From positions 47,988,001-48,052,000 of the forward strand of contig NC_079165.1 of the NCBI RefSeq assembly GCF_947568905.1: DNA of 64,000 bases, in the 5' to 3' direction. Shown here in pieces: positions 25,377-39,095 of the stretch. The notes under the pieces were generated by a model. That model did not search any database, was not told where the DNA came from, and saw only the letters and a list, made by a program, of their open reading frames with translations. How positions within the stretch are numbered: position 1 is the stretch's first letter; the number at the start of each line of letters is the position of its first letter. The stretch is from Ostrea edulis. Lineage: Eukaryota. The position numbers and the translations under genes were made by a program.

Positions 25377-26135
25377 AAAACCTATTCAATACCTCAATTT
25401 CCATTCTTTTTAAAAAAAAAAATAAATGCAAAATACTAAGGTGCTGTATTTCACCGTTTCATTGCATTGTGTTTCCGGTCATTAGTTCTAGAATATTTCT
25501 TCCCCTCAGATGATATTCAAAATTAAACGCAATCAGTGTAATTTTGTGATTGCATTGCCAGGACTCTAACTGTTGAATTTGTAGGTGGATGTAGATAAAT
25601 AAATTCTCAAATAATGGACATTGAGACAGAGCTTTAATTATGTCATACGGTACAGTACTTTCCGTCATCATTATAATCTGTTACTTTCAATGAATTTAGG
25701 AGTCCGTCTCATAGTTCTGTACACATTTTTGAAGAATTAATTATCCATACCTCTTCTCTGTTCTCAAATGGACCCAATTTTATCAAGAGAAGATGTGATA
25801 CCTCAAATTTAAACTATAACATTTTGAAAAGAAAATCAACTTAGGCACACAATGTGAATAAATTTAGAATAAGTGCCAGTTACATGTATATAAAAATGTC
25901 TCCGAGTTTCTTCTGGTTTTCTAGGTTCATTGTCAAATACAAAGTCTGATAACTCTCACTTCACGTTCTATTCTATGGTTAAGAACAAACACATGTATTT
26001 TTTTGTTAATATTGTTGTCTTTTTCAATTTAATTCTTTTTCACTTCAGTGCACGCAAAAAGCTTAAACATACTAGATATAATATTGTCATTTATGATATG
26101 ATATTACTGAATTCATCTTGAGAAATCATGAAAAA

Positions 26136-26184
<49 letters not shown>

Positions 26185-26391
26185 TGTGTGTGTGATATTG
26201 TATATTCTTGTTAATTTCATCCACAAACACAAATACATGAATATTTCCTCGCATACTAGCAAGCTATGCAGACATATAATAACAAAGACACATAACCACG
26301 GTTTTACCATGCAATACGAACCTAATTTGCGACTTCCCTCATTTCCTGGCAAAAATTTGGATAATAATAAAAGTTTATTATCTCTTAGAAA

Positions 26392-27359
26392 AGGCTCGAG
26401 TGAAATTTTCTTATCAAAATTTGTCGTCCGTCTGTCGTCTGTCAACTTTTAACATTTTTGACTACTTCTCAAGAACCACTGGGCCAATTCAAACCAAACT
26501 TGCCATAACGTTTCCTTGGGTAAATGGGATTTGTTCAAATGATAGTCCGTTCCTCTCTCCAAGAGGAGGTAATCAGAAACAGTAATAATAGGATGGGGAG
26601 TTTAAAAATTCTTCTCAAGAACCAAGAAACCAGAAAAGCTGAGACTTGTAAGACATATTATCATTATATACTATAACCCTCATTGTCTATGAAACTTTAA
26701 GTTCATACTATAACCCTCATTGTCTATGGCGAGCTCACAATAGGAGTTCAAAGCTTAGCATTGGTTATGTGTAAGAAAGCTTTTTGAAAATAGTTTTTCA
26801 AGAACCACAAGGGTACGTACAGTCCAATTTATTTGCAAGCATCCGATTTGTTCATATCATCACCCCTGTGGACAGGACGGGATCACATCATTATCCCCGT
26901 GCACAGGGCGGGGTCGTATCATCACCCCCGTGCACAGGGCGGGGTCGTATCATCACCCCCGTGCACAGGGAGGGGTCGTATCATAACCCCCGTGCATAGG
27001 GCGGGGTCATATCATCACCCCCGTGGACAGGGTGGGGTCATAATGTGGGTTTAAAGCTTAACATTGGTTATATATTTTAAAATGGCTTTCTCAGGAATCA
27101 CAAGGGTACAGATTGTCAAATCAATATGCAATCATTTTGAAGTGTGTAGTGTAGTTTCAGATTTGTTTCTGTCGTGATCCCGGAGATTAGGGCCGAGTGA
27201 CAATGGGTTCAAAGTTTAACATTGGTTACTAGTATATATTTTGAATTAAGAGCTTTAAAATTCATGAAATTGTTAAATTGATATGCTAGTAATTTCCCGA
27301 AGTCTGTTCTCTCCAGATGTCGTTGTGTTCAGGTGAACGATGTGGCCCATGGGCCTCTT
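26392..27359 (+). mobile_element. HINE-type element in Wnt1 intron 4
   Basis: TCGTCCGTCTGTCGTC 5' motif, TCAAGAACCA satellite units, 3' CAGGTGAACGATGTGGCCCATGGGCCTC end. Confidence 0.7.
26855..27045 (+). repeat. 31-bp GC-rich minisatellite (about 6 copies)
   Basis: ATCATCACCCCCGTGCACAGGGCGGGGTCGT repeated (e.g. starts 26918, 26949). Confidence 0.9.
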
Positions 27360-27626
27360 ATTATTTCTTAGAATATCACATTCTTAATGCATTTCTTTCT
27401 GTTACCAAAAAAATTAAGATGCAAAAATTTGCACACAAAATTCATTGTCCCGTGTTAATTGAAAATATATAGCATAAGGTGAATCCTGAAAATTTACTAT
27501 TTCATCAAGGAATGTGTTGAAAGTATCATGCCGTATTTGATTAATTAATTCATTAATCATATCTATGTTTGACACTATAACATATACCTGTAATTTTTCT
27601 TGTTAATATAGATATTCTAGACCTAC

Positions 27627-27777
27627 CTGAAATAACCTGTGAGGCTCCGTCAAACCTGTCTTTGAGTCCGTTTCCCACGTCTCTAAAGAAAGGAAGCCTC
27701 ATCCAACAGGTTTTAATGGTGCAACTCCCAGACATACCATGACACTTACATTCCCTCCTCATCTCCTTAGACACGTG
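27627..27777 (-). CDS. Wnt1: Wnt1 exon 4
   Basis: Acceptor CTTGTAG, donor GTAGGT, 151 nt. Encodes [29 protein letters not shown]...[11 protein letters not shown], including the palmitoleoylation motif [10 protein letters not shown]. Confidence 0.95.
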
Positions 27778-30700
27778 CTACAAGAGTAAGGGAAAATATT
27801 AGAATCGGTAAGTCTTCAGGAATCGGTATGTAAGTCTTCTTCAGGAATCGGTATGCAAGTCTTCTTCAGTAGTCTACAATTTTTGTGGCATTCTAAAGGT
27901 GTAGTAACGCTCGAGGAAAACAATAGAAGTCATTGGATTTGAATGTTGGACTTCCATTTGAATCACAAGTATAAACCAAATAGTGCTGTTTCGGCCATCT
28001 ATGCTATCAAGTTCTATCGATATTTCACATTACAGAGACCTTTGCCAATACAAAGATCTATATTTTAAATCAATTATAGATTAAATACAAGGAATTTGAA
28101 AAGTTATAAAATCAGTATTTAATTAACACCAGTATTAAAATCAATATCAATATTGAATCAGGATAAATAGAATACTAGATGCATAGTATTCAGTAAATAT
28201 AAACAGACAAGCCTCAGGGCCAGCAAGCTAACCTGTTTAGAATTTGTGTCAGAAAAATGTCCTAAACAGCGTAAATGTTTTTTCAAATCAAACGTTATAT
28301 TTTCTATATTATAACCGTATTTGGACAATGTAACTTACAGTAGAATATCAAACCATATTTCAACTATTCTATATGACTTTTACTTTCCAGGAACTGTCAG
28401 AAATTTAAGAAAGTTATTTTTATGAGGCTCAGAAATTCAAAAAAGATTAAAACGTCACTTTGAGTATACAGTATTTGTACTAGCGAATTAGAGAACAAGA
28501 TTGAATACAAATATCGCATCTTTGAGAAATATATATGTACGTAGTAACAAAGTACAATATTAATCCAATGCATATTTGCAAAAGGAGAAATGGTCCACTT
28601 TGTCATTAGAAGTTTGAAACTTCTGGAAAAGTCGTACATTTATGGTGTTACATTTGAGAGCACAAGTATATTTCTATAAATAGCTTAGATCAGAACCCTG
28701 TGAAACTTTTTTTTTCAAACCACTGAGAGTCATTTAGCTGTGAAAGTGATGACAACCATTTGTTTTTTGTTAAAAATCTCTCATTGGGATAGGAATATAT
28801 ATTAATGACTAATAAAAACATTTATTTTGTACAAAAACAAGAGAAACCTAATAAAACTACGTTAGATAACCGCTTTTAGTGTTAAGAAATATATAAGGAA
28901 AAATGCAAGACAATAATTATCTAATCACCAAAATCACATATTCATGTGCCTGTTTAGAAGGTAAAAATATTAAATCATTAAATACTGGTGTTACATGTAC
29001 TAATATATAAGATGGGGCAATTTTCATGGAATTAAATTTATGGTGACAAAATGACAGGGTCAAAGTTAGCTCATATCATGCAAAATCCTTTGTATATGGA
29101 ACTACCCGTGCAATTTTCGAATTTCCAATTTTATGGACATACGTATGAATTTAAATGAAAATCAATCCGATATCCGTCATTCAGATGCAGTGGAACATCA
29201 TAGATTACCAACATTAAACTTCTGGGGGCTGAATAGAAAATTCCAAGTGAATGACATACAGTTGAAGAATTCCCATATGTCATATTTTTATTAGAATTTT
29301 AACTTAAACATTTCAATTAGAAAATAACTCAGGCTTACTGGGTACATGTAAGGTTAATATTTTGGGATGTTTATCAGCTCACAAGTCCATCATTTAAATA
29401 TAATTATTTCTGCGCCATATTTACAAATTGATAAATACGATATGACTAGGAAGTCAGGCGTTGCACATCGATAAAACGTTATTTTATAGAAATAATGAAT
29501 TGTCATCTTATCCTTGGTAATAAAACTCCACCTGGGTATCAGCGAATCGCTCATAAAATATCCCCACTTGTCATTTATCAGTTTAAATTAAGCTGTCTAA
29601 ATTTCATTACTTTTTCCACATTTACGTGAGAAATTCTTTACAAATTCCCCCACTGGTGGAAGAGTGACTAAGCCTATCTATAACAGTTAAGACTGCTTCT
29701 CTCATTAAAGGCATATCTAGAGGAGTCCGTGTTTATAGTCCTGTTTGTCGATAAAAGCAAAAATTCTTTTAAATAATTTGATTTGTTCAAACGTCTGTTT
29801 AAAATTTTATATTCACAGAAATATACCTTACGAGGACCTATATTAAGGTAATGGTTTTTCATTCACAAACAACGCCAATACGATTTAAGTGTCTGGAGAG
29901 GAGAATTTGATGGTAAAGATAGCTATTAGAAAAACGGCATGTCAAATCCATTTTCAAATATTTTTTCCATGCTTAGATTTGAAATTTTGAAAGCATGATT
30001 TGTAAAAGATCGTTTTGATGACTTGATGTTCTTGATAACCACTTTAAGATATAAATCAAATCTATTTTCACTGAAATTTATCTTCTTTGAAGGTGAAAAG
30101 GTTAAAATATATTTTATTTCCTTGATAATCATCAAAGTAATTATCTTGAAATATTCCCTTCTATCAAAATTAAATGGAATGATCTTCATTCAATTATTCT
30201 ATTTATCCGAAATACTCTTCATGTCAGTTAATGATACCGAAGAAGTTTTACGAAGAGCTTTGTTCCACCATAATTGAGATTATTTATTTAGTATCGCAGT
30301 CGTTCATTAGCTTTATGTACATGTATTTTTACCAAACATGTTGCAAATTTTATGATCAATTATTTTCATTATTGAATTTAACTGTAAACTGTATGAATGT
30401 TCATGTACCTACAAAACCTTCCTGGCCTTTGCTGAAAGTTGATAAAATTTGTGTGGCATTCAGCATTGTAAACCATCTTCCCCAGAGGAAACCTTGCGTG
30501 ATATTTAACAACTCGACAGAAACCTGTCATTTATTTCTTCAGCACCTACGTGATTCTCTTCTTAACTCGGGTATCATATTGCCCTGTCGTTGACAGAGAA
30601 GTATAATTAAGGGTAGGCCGTGTTGCGATAAACTAGCGGGTGATCTGTTGGTTACGGTGTGACAATGAATGGTAATCCTTCCAAATGCATTGTCAACCAA

Positions 30701-31528
30701 TGAAAATATCCAATTAATGAGCATTTTGTTGAAATTCGATACATATCAATTTTTCCCCCTTGAAGTGCATAAAATGGAGTCCGTTTTATTGAAATATTTC
30801 TATTAATTTCATGAAAATTATACTGGTTTTTTTTTAGATATCAATTTGGTTTAATAATCAGCAGATATGTAAACATTTAAATTAAACTTTTCTGGCAAAT
30901 GTTTTAAAAGGGTACATTTAAAGCTGTCGTAAATAAGCCATTTAGTCGTCTGTTTTGTGATTATATTCATTCACTTGGTACGCAGGTGTAAATCTAGAAT
31001 TGATGCTAGACTTAAAAAAAAAAAAGATTAACGATAAAAAAAATTCTTTCACCATCATTTTCAAATAAATCACATTTACAAAAGTATCAGAACTACAGAC
31101 ACCTGTTGAGGAAAGTACGTAAAAATTGTTTTATATCAAAGATTAATATTTCATTTCATAAAGGGTTTGCCGTGACAGTACCAAGGTACATGTGCATCCT
31201 AGTATACAGTGCTTTTTACAAAGTTATGCTAACGTGCTTCTCCTAGCATCCTTTAGTCCCCTTGTTTCTCTTAAATCGCATTATGAACGTGATCATTCAA
31301 TATTTTTTGTGTGTTACTCTACTATCTAATTCAAGAATTCTTAAACTATATTATACATGTACTGTAATTATCTATTTCATCAAATATAGTCCAAATAAAT
31401 GTATCACAATGTATGTACTGTGACGGAGGTAGAATTTTCAGGCTGATCCATATAGTTACACATGTATAATGGAGAAACTGAACACCATCAAAGTTATTTA
31501 CACTTCCTAATTACTACAGTTATTTAAT

Positions 31529-31864
31529 AACAAAAGGCCCATGGGTTACATCGCTCACGATATAAAAGATTATTAATCATGGCCCTGTTGTTCTTGAGAA
31601 GACTTTTTAAAGATTTATCCCCTTTCAAAACTTTGATACCCTATTGTGGCCCATTCTACGCCCGGAGCCATGATTTGAACAATCTTGAATCTACATTCAT
31701 ATAGATTTCAACTTTTCTGGTCTAGTGGTTCTTAAGAACATTTTTAAATGACCCCACCCTATCATTGCCTTTTCTTGATTATATCCTCTTTGGGGGGAGG
31801 GGGGGAGCATGGCTAAAAAGTTCTCAGAATAGCTCACTTGTGCTTTCAGCTCATGTGAGCTAAT
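31529..31864 (-). mobile_element. Short HINE-type element in Wnt1 intron 3
   Basis: Minus strand starts TTAGCTCACATGAGCTGAAAGCACAAGTGAGCT and ends GTGAGCGATGTAACCCATGGGCCTTTTGTT. Confidence 0.75.
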
Positions 31865-31982
31865 TAAAGTTCTCTGTGTGAAAAGCAATGCGAGGTTATG
31901 TAAAAACTTTAATTATTTTAGTTATCAGTTTATTCCATGACTCTTAATTCCCAATCATGTAAGATGTCAATATGTTGCTCAC

Positions 31983-32248
31983 CAGTCGTCCTGCTTCGTT
32001 GTTATGTAAATTCATCATGTATCGGAAGTCTCTGCCTTTTTCTAAAACGTCCACAAACTTTCGAGAAAATCGATGTCCAAATTTGGCATTATCACTACAT
32101 CCTCCCCATTCCCAATCCTTTCCGCTTGGTTGCTTGAGGTTATAGTCACATGAACACGTATATATGCTCCCTTCTGCGCATGCACGGGCTATAGAATGGG
32201 TAACTGCTGCACTAGTAATTGCATATATGAAAGCTGTCTCTCGGTTTC
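31983..32248 (-). CDS. Wnt1: Wnt1 exon 3 (not in the ORF track)
   Basis: Acceptor TGTCTAG, donor GTGAGC, 266 nt. Encodes [35 protein letters not shown]...WEWGGCSDN...[19 protein letters not shown]. Confidence 0.95.
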
Positions 32249-35200
32249 CTAGACAAACAAAACAAATTAATAAATAGATAGAATGATCTCCAAATTGAAG
32301 TATTATATTTAATTCATATCATAATCATATTGTATGAAAGACAGCCAATCTCCCATATTTTATGACAAGATGTATTTGATGTGCTGAAATAATTGATAAA
32401 TTCTAAATTAGGTGTTTTAAAACGCAGCGCACTTTCAACAAAGTACTACACTACCAGTATTTATAAATATAATTTTTCTTTCATAGTGCTTTTGGCCTTG
32501 TGTCCCACTTAAACTTTCCTGAGCCCGTAAAAAATAAATTGAAAATAATAATGATGCCAGTGGTACATGTATACACGTAACGAACAAAGGGGTTCCTTTA
32601 ACTGGGAACAAAATCATCTTAAGACGTTACATTTAACTGGGAACAAAATCATATTTAAAATACGTTACATTTATGATGTGCAGATTATTCAATACTATGC
32701 CGAATAATTGTCAGCTCGTAGCTATTTTCTCGTCTTTATGAAATGTCTAACTCCATAAATCGTCAATTCATCACCGCAATGAGAGGAACTTTCCACTGAT
32801 AACTGAATTATGTATTGTACATTAAAATAACAAGATTTATCTTTTTGCCTGTGGGTCTTTTTATATCGAAAATATCTCCGGTTCTCCTTGAGTTACTGGT
32901 ATCAGTATTTACGATCTGACGGTGAACAAATTCGTGGGTCTACTGTCAATTCGAGTGCATTTCGTATTCAAGGCACATCAATTTTGATGTACCTTTTCAG
33001 ACGTCATTCTATCCAAATTTGAAGAGTGAAAAAACTTAGAAAATGTAACGAGTTGATTCCATTAACTACCAACTAATGGGTGGCACGGTATCTGATTTTG
33101 AGCACCTTTATTTTAAACATCAACAGAGACCACTTGTGGAATTCACGAATTCAATCAGAAAAAATGGCAAATTTCGTACATTCCATTAACAGTTTCTAAA
33201 CTGTTTACAACCAGACATCTGCCAAAAGATGGTCAAATTCGATATGTTCAGGTCAGGACAAAGTGAGTGACCAAAGTGACAATTAGACAACCATTCAAAT
33301 ATAAATTACTTTTCCAAATGAACAGAATAAATGGACTAGACCGTAAAAGTAGAGGGAAAAAATTGTCATAATTCTCAATCATCCAAACATAAACCTAATT
33401 CAAATTATTTCTTCTCATACCTGACTTAAATAATAGTAATTAAATTTATAATGGAATTGAGAACGTATGACAATATTCCTTAAACAAGTGAATATCGTCA
33501 GCGACAAGCATCGCAATGGAAGCTGTATCTGGATAAGATAAGGATGTTATAGTATGTCAAAAGGGGAACGTCTGTTTCTTAATTTTAACAGTACTTTCTG
33601 AAGTTACAGCACTTGCACTATTTGAATACAAGAATACGATGTAATACATGTACTTCTCAATCTGTTCTTCCATAAAACGTCGAGTCCTAAATATACATCT
33701 ATAGTTATATTTGTACTTTATGCCTTTGAAAGTTTGAATGGTCCCTTCTATACGCATTGCTTGCATGTTAAAAAGAGATATTTTCAAAAAAGTTCTTGAA
33801 GGCAATCCATTCACTGTAGTATAACATTAAAACGCTAAATTAACGCTTAAACTGATTTAAATGAGTAGGAAGGGACAGGTGCAATGATGATTTAAACATA
33901 TCGTTAAACGATGACTAAAAGTCATTTTGTCCGAAAGTGAAGAAATGATTCATTTTGACAGACCTTCAGACCATCCAAATAGATAAAGGTAATGATAGTG
34001 ATATACCACCCAGGTACACTTAACAGCCTCTTCCTAACCTATAATGAAAGCATTTATCAATGACCTAACGTTTCAGTTGCTGTGTGATGAACTAATGATG
34101 GGGGCTAGGGGAATGTACACCCAACGACATTACTCGATACTGCTTTCCTGTTCTAAAGACTACCATTATGGATAGTAATATGATGTAATTAGCGGAGGAA
34201 GAACAGTCGTAAATCGCCGGAACAATCACATTGGATTCTGCGCGGAGGGTGTAATTGTCAATCTCGTTGAAATTTTGTTCACATATTCTGAATGTATGTT
34301 GTAATTTTCTTTTGTGTTCATAGAATTATTCGAATATCGAAATAACTTATGTATGTGTGCAATACTTCAAATATGTACTTAAAACTACAAATAGAATCCG
34401 CATTTCAAATTCTTATTCCATTAGCTCTCTTCCTACCAATATGAAATTAAAAGCATATTGCAATAAATCTATCTTAACAATCTGTAAACCAGGTGTTACT
34501 TAACGGGCGAATATCTTTGATTTCTTTGCTGTGAATTTCCTATAATTGAGCCCACGTGGAGAAGCCAAGTCACCCATAATTTTGGACTGTCAACTTTACC
34601 CTGGAGATCGGAGAAATAGAAGACAAATAGGATTCCTTGAATGCACATTCCTGAGAGTTATTACATGCAGAATTGATAAACAAAGAAAGACAGATCAATT
34701 TGGGGTCCCATTATCAGAACTTAGTTGGAAATAAAGGGCGCTCAAATGCACTCCAACAAAGATATTTTGTGCATTTCAACACCTGGCCTTTTATGAAAAA
34801 TACAGGTGTGAAAAAAGAAGTAACTCTAATGCGTCAAATAAATATTCATACCGCTGTGTCCTCTTCTTCATTAAAGGGGTTTTGATCTCGTAACTACTTG
34901 ATGATTGTGATGTAAAGATATTCCATATTTATCTCTCTTTTTTATTTTCCTGTGTAACATATGGGAGTGAAAGGAAAATCGGGCTTAAATAACGTCCGGT
35001 GAAAACGAGATGGAGGTACGCCGCGCCCCAACAGTGGATATATCTTAATTGCTTCTTAACTTTGGTAATCAAATAGCAACCAGTTGTGTACTTCATTTAC
35101 ACAAATGTCATGGTTGTTGTAATACAACACAGTGGTTTGAATACTGTTATTTGTTTAAGAGTAATGTGTGTACACACAGAGATGACCCACCAGATTGCCG

Positions 35201-36656
35201 TGCAGAGTGTCTGTATCTATTTCAGGGGGATCATCATATATTTTCAATTATTTTATCTTAAGCTTGTATGTGAGTGACACCGATTTTCAATTGGTTCGAT
35301 CAACGACTTCCAAACTAGCGTGCTATTGACTAATAAAACGAAGTCTTTAGTCAGTTGGTCCTTTTCATCTTCTGAAATATTGTTGGTGATAGATTTCTCC
35401 AAAGATGGTATCTAAAAAACCCTCTCTTCAGGACAAAGAGCTGTTTTGCGTTCAGAAGTGATCATCTGCATAAGTACCCCCAAAAGAGACTGTGATTTCA
35501 ATAAATCAAGATCGGGGCTTAATTATAGTATTTGGCCACTAATTTCACTTTTCTGAACATGATACAATTTAACTATTAATCTCCTAATTTGTAAGTTTCA
35601 TGTGTGGCCTTTGCACGCGAGTGTAATTGCTTTGGTTCTGTGGTGGGTTTTTTTTCACAAATAGTATCAAATATTCGCAATTGCTATGTATATCAAAACT
35701 TAGTGGATGGATTCTACAAGAGAAAATTCAATTTGGAATGCAAATAGCATGTGTATTTACTAAGCAATCGATTGATCATGATTTTTTCCCGTGATCTTGA
35801 ATTCCAATAGAATGCATCATTTAAACATTTCTCAAATGTTGAAATCATATTTAGGTGCATATTTCCATGTTTCATGAAAATCCGAACAATCAACAAAAAC
35901 TAGAGTTATTGCAATTTAATCATTCCCCCGAACCCTACTGGCGCTAAGGCGTTTACCCTGTAGAAGCTTTATTGCATATAGCAGTAAGACTGGATCGTAT
36001 TGTGTGGAAATTTACATACTCGTAAAGAAAAAAACCTGTCTGGATACAAGTTTACATTAATCTCGTATTTGCATATTAAACGAGCATTTTATGAATGGGT
36101 TTTCGACAGGTCTCCTCGTAAATTGATATTATTTTCTTCATATTTGTAACATTACTTGATTTGTAACAAGCTGTTCAGTTTAAATAATGGAATAAATGAA
36201 ATTGAAGCATTTCAGTAAGACGAGACCTTTTCATTTCAAACTAATCAAATAAAGCTCGATTTTTCGCACTCATAAAACATGGTACCGGGGGTCGAATGCT
36301 GTCATGAAAAGATAAACTTCAATTGTAGTCGATTGAGAAATGTTGTGTGTTTAAGACAGAAACATTTCTTATTGCCAAGAACGATTTGGTCCTGCTTTTT
36401 GCTTTACTTCCATCATGATTGTCCTCGATCCAACCATTCGTCAGCTGACTACCCATAATAATTCCTTACCTCAATTTATTATAACGATTAAATTTATCAT
36501 TAATTCATATTTTCAATACGTGTCGTCTCTAATTTGAATAATTGAAATAATGATTTCCATATCATTAAGATGACAGGGCAGTGAAATGTACATGTGCTCT
36601 AATTTTCTTTGATGTTACAAATACTAAACTCCATATTTTATCAATGTGATGTTTGT

Positions 36657-36718
<62 letters not shown>

Positions 36719-36793
36719 ATCAAACTGTAAGCTTAAATTAAAAATCGTTGGATTTAATCATACGTATGAACTGACTTGTGTACAACATAATCT

Positions 36794-36935
36794 GACAGGG
36801 GATGCTTACTCCTCCTAGGCACCTGATCCCACCTCTGGTATGTCCAAGGGTTCGTGTTTGCCCAACTATCTATTTTGAATTACGTACTTATAGGAGTTGT
36901 GAGATTGATCACTGTTCGTTATCTTCACCTTTCAT
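36794..36935 (+). mobile_element. Penelope-like 3' terminal fragment in Wnt1 intron 2
   Basis: GACAGGGGATGCTTACTCCTCCTAGGCACCTGATCCCACC...TTATCTTCACCTTTCAT. Confidence 0.8.
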
Positions 36936-38838
36936 GGTGACTCCATGGAGAAGTTCCTGCGCTAAGCTCGTGTACATCGCTTTTACACTTTAAAACAATC
37001 CCGGTACAATACACAGATTTCAGGATAGGAGCTCTTCTGTGTTGTTTTTAGTACAACTCTCAATGCCTAAGTAGTGGGGCATAGGGCAAAGTGCACCTAC
37101 AGTCATTGAGAAAGACGATAATATTATGAAAAGTGACTTATGTAAATGTAAGAAATATTAAATACTATCAAAAAAAATGTTTTACTAAAATGAAAACAAA
37201 AACAATGCCATATTTACTTTTAATATCCTATACAATGTATATGATATGTAGAAATAATGTGATCAATACGATAAGCATTTCAAGTGTTTACTAACTCCCC
37301 GAATACTTATTTCTTACTTGTTTTGTGTATCAGTAGATTTAGAGTGATGAAACTGCGTATGAGAAATTTGCCGTGTACATGTATATTCACTTATGCAGAA
37401 ATGGGCATCTGTCCCACCACGCACGTAAAAGAGAGTTCCCTAAAGGGAAATAAATTGGACGCATCTCGAAACTTGCGTATTGCAACCGTACAAGGCAATG
37501 ACTCATTCCAGATTGATACGTGCCAGGTTACTATATGTATGTTACACTATGAACTATTTAGAACTTCGCCGAAGCATATAACTTAGAATACTTGTATGTT
37601 TGTTTGTTTTTAATATTTTCATTATAAAAATGTTTGAAAGATTTTTTTTTTTGACATTACAGTGTATTTTGAACTATAGATAAAACAATTGAAACCACGT
37701 TTACAAAATGATACTATAAAGCAATTTGAAACGGATAAAAACTTCAATTTTACAGCTATGATCATTATATATATATTTTATTTTTATTTATTTTTTATTT
37801 TGCACAATTCCATGCATTATGAATGCAGAATTTACTACTAACATTAATTATAAAATAAGGTCGATGTACTTCTGTATATAATTTAAATCAGGCAATTATT
37901 CACGTGCAGAGGACTTAAACCAATCGAAATTTGTATGGCCGTGTATAATTATTCATATCCATATAACATATCTTACCCCGTCATTATTGATAACGGAACA
38001 CATGTTTGCAGACAATTTGGAGCACAACTGCCAGAACAAATTATATATTTAATATCAATGATGTGCACATCTCATACAAACATATGTTTGATCTATTTGT
38101 TTGGGTTCAAAATCTTTGGTCCAGACCGAAGACAAAGAAATTACAAAATGATTTATCAGTGGGTTTTTTTTACACAACTAAAACTATTTTCACCAAATTT
38201 TACAAGGCTTTATGCAGTGATTATTGGGTCCTGTTGCAGTGAAGAATTTCGTTTAAATAAAGATGATAAGAAAAGTGACAAATTTTCATATTGATAAGAA
38301 AGTACATGAATCGCATGAGCTATTTCGTGTTGCGAACATACACGATTGGAAGTGATGTTTGCCGGAAGGCGCGTCAGTTTAACAATTTTCTTGATATTTC
38401 TCACCACAACAATTTGCCTACAGCCTCTTTCTATCTCCACTCGATCACATGTCAACAAAGATACTACAAGATCTTGATCGTGTGAAATACACATTTTTAG
38501 CATAGTATGCACACCTCTACACATTGCATATACGGGTGTATGTATCATAGGGACTCCAGAATAATTTCTCAACAATTCTATTCGGGCAGATAACATGATC
38601 TGGACATCGCTTTTTGTAGATATTTGATTCCGTGAATGGGTGAAGAATTTCTACGTGAAAATGGTTGCATTTTGAAGCGTAAAGTATTATCCTACACTTG
38701 CTGGACTAGGAGTGTTTTCATTGAATTGTGATAGACGTTTAGTCTTGATCTCTGAATTTTTACGTGGTACTAAATTGATGATTTGGGCTAATACAAGATA
38801 CAATCGTATATAGATGAATGAAGACTAAGGTCACAAAC

Positions 38839-39095
38839 CTTTCTCTAAAATTTTTCCAAATATAGGTCCACCATTGCCCACGTCCTGCGTTGGACAGTTC
38901 CATCGCCTATTACGAAACTGAAATTTGCACTCTTCAATTGCCATTCTGGCTCCATTAGTTAAAGCTAAAATTGTTCCAGGGTTTTTTGTCACAAGTTTTC
39001 TTTGTTTTTTCGTCAATGGTAAAAGACTTGGACTATTGTAAAGCTGTGTATTAGATCTGAGGTCATTTGATGGTTTTCCAATGTTTGCAAGTGTC
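38839..39095 (-). CDS. Wnt1: Wnt1 exon 2
   Basis: Acceptor TTTTCAG, donor GTTTGT, 257 nt. Encodes ...LTKKQRKLVTKNPG...EECKFQFRNRRWNCPT...IFGKILEK; RNRRWNCPT and FGKI are Wnt1-type. Confidence 0.95.

Noticed and set aside
26855-27045. 31-bp repeats with an internal palindrome
   Set aside because: Head-to-tail minisatellite without spacers, inside a HINE; the overlapping ORFs are repeat translations.
27800-27870. CTGAAGAAGAC repeats on the minus strand resembling hammerhead cores
   Set aside because: No downstream GAAA, stem II closure or stem I; it is a ~25-bp tandem triplication near the exon 4 acceptor.
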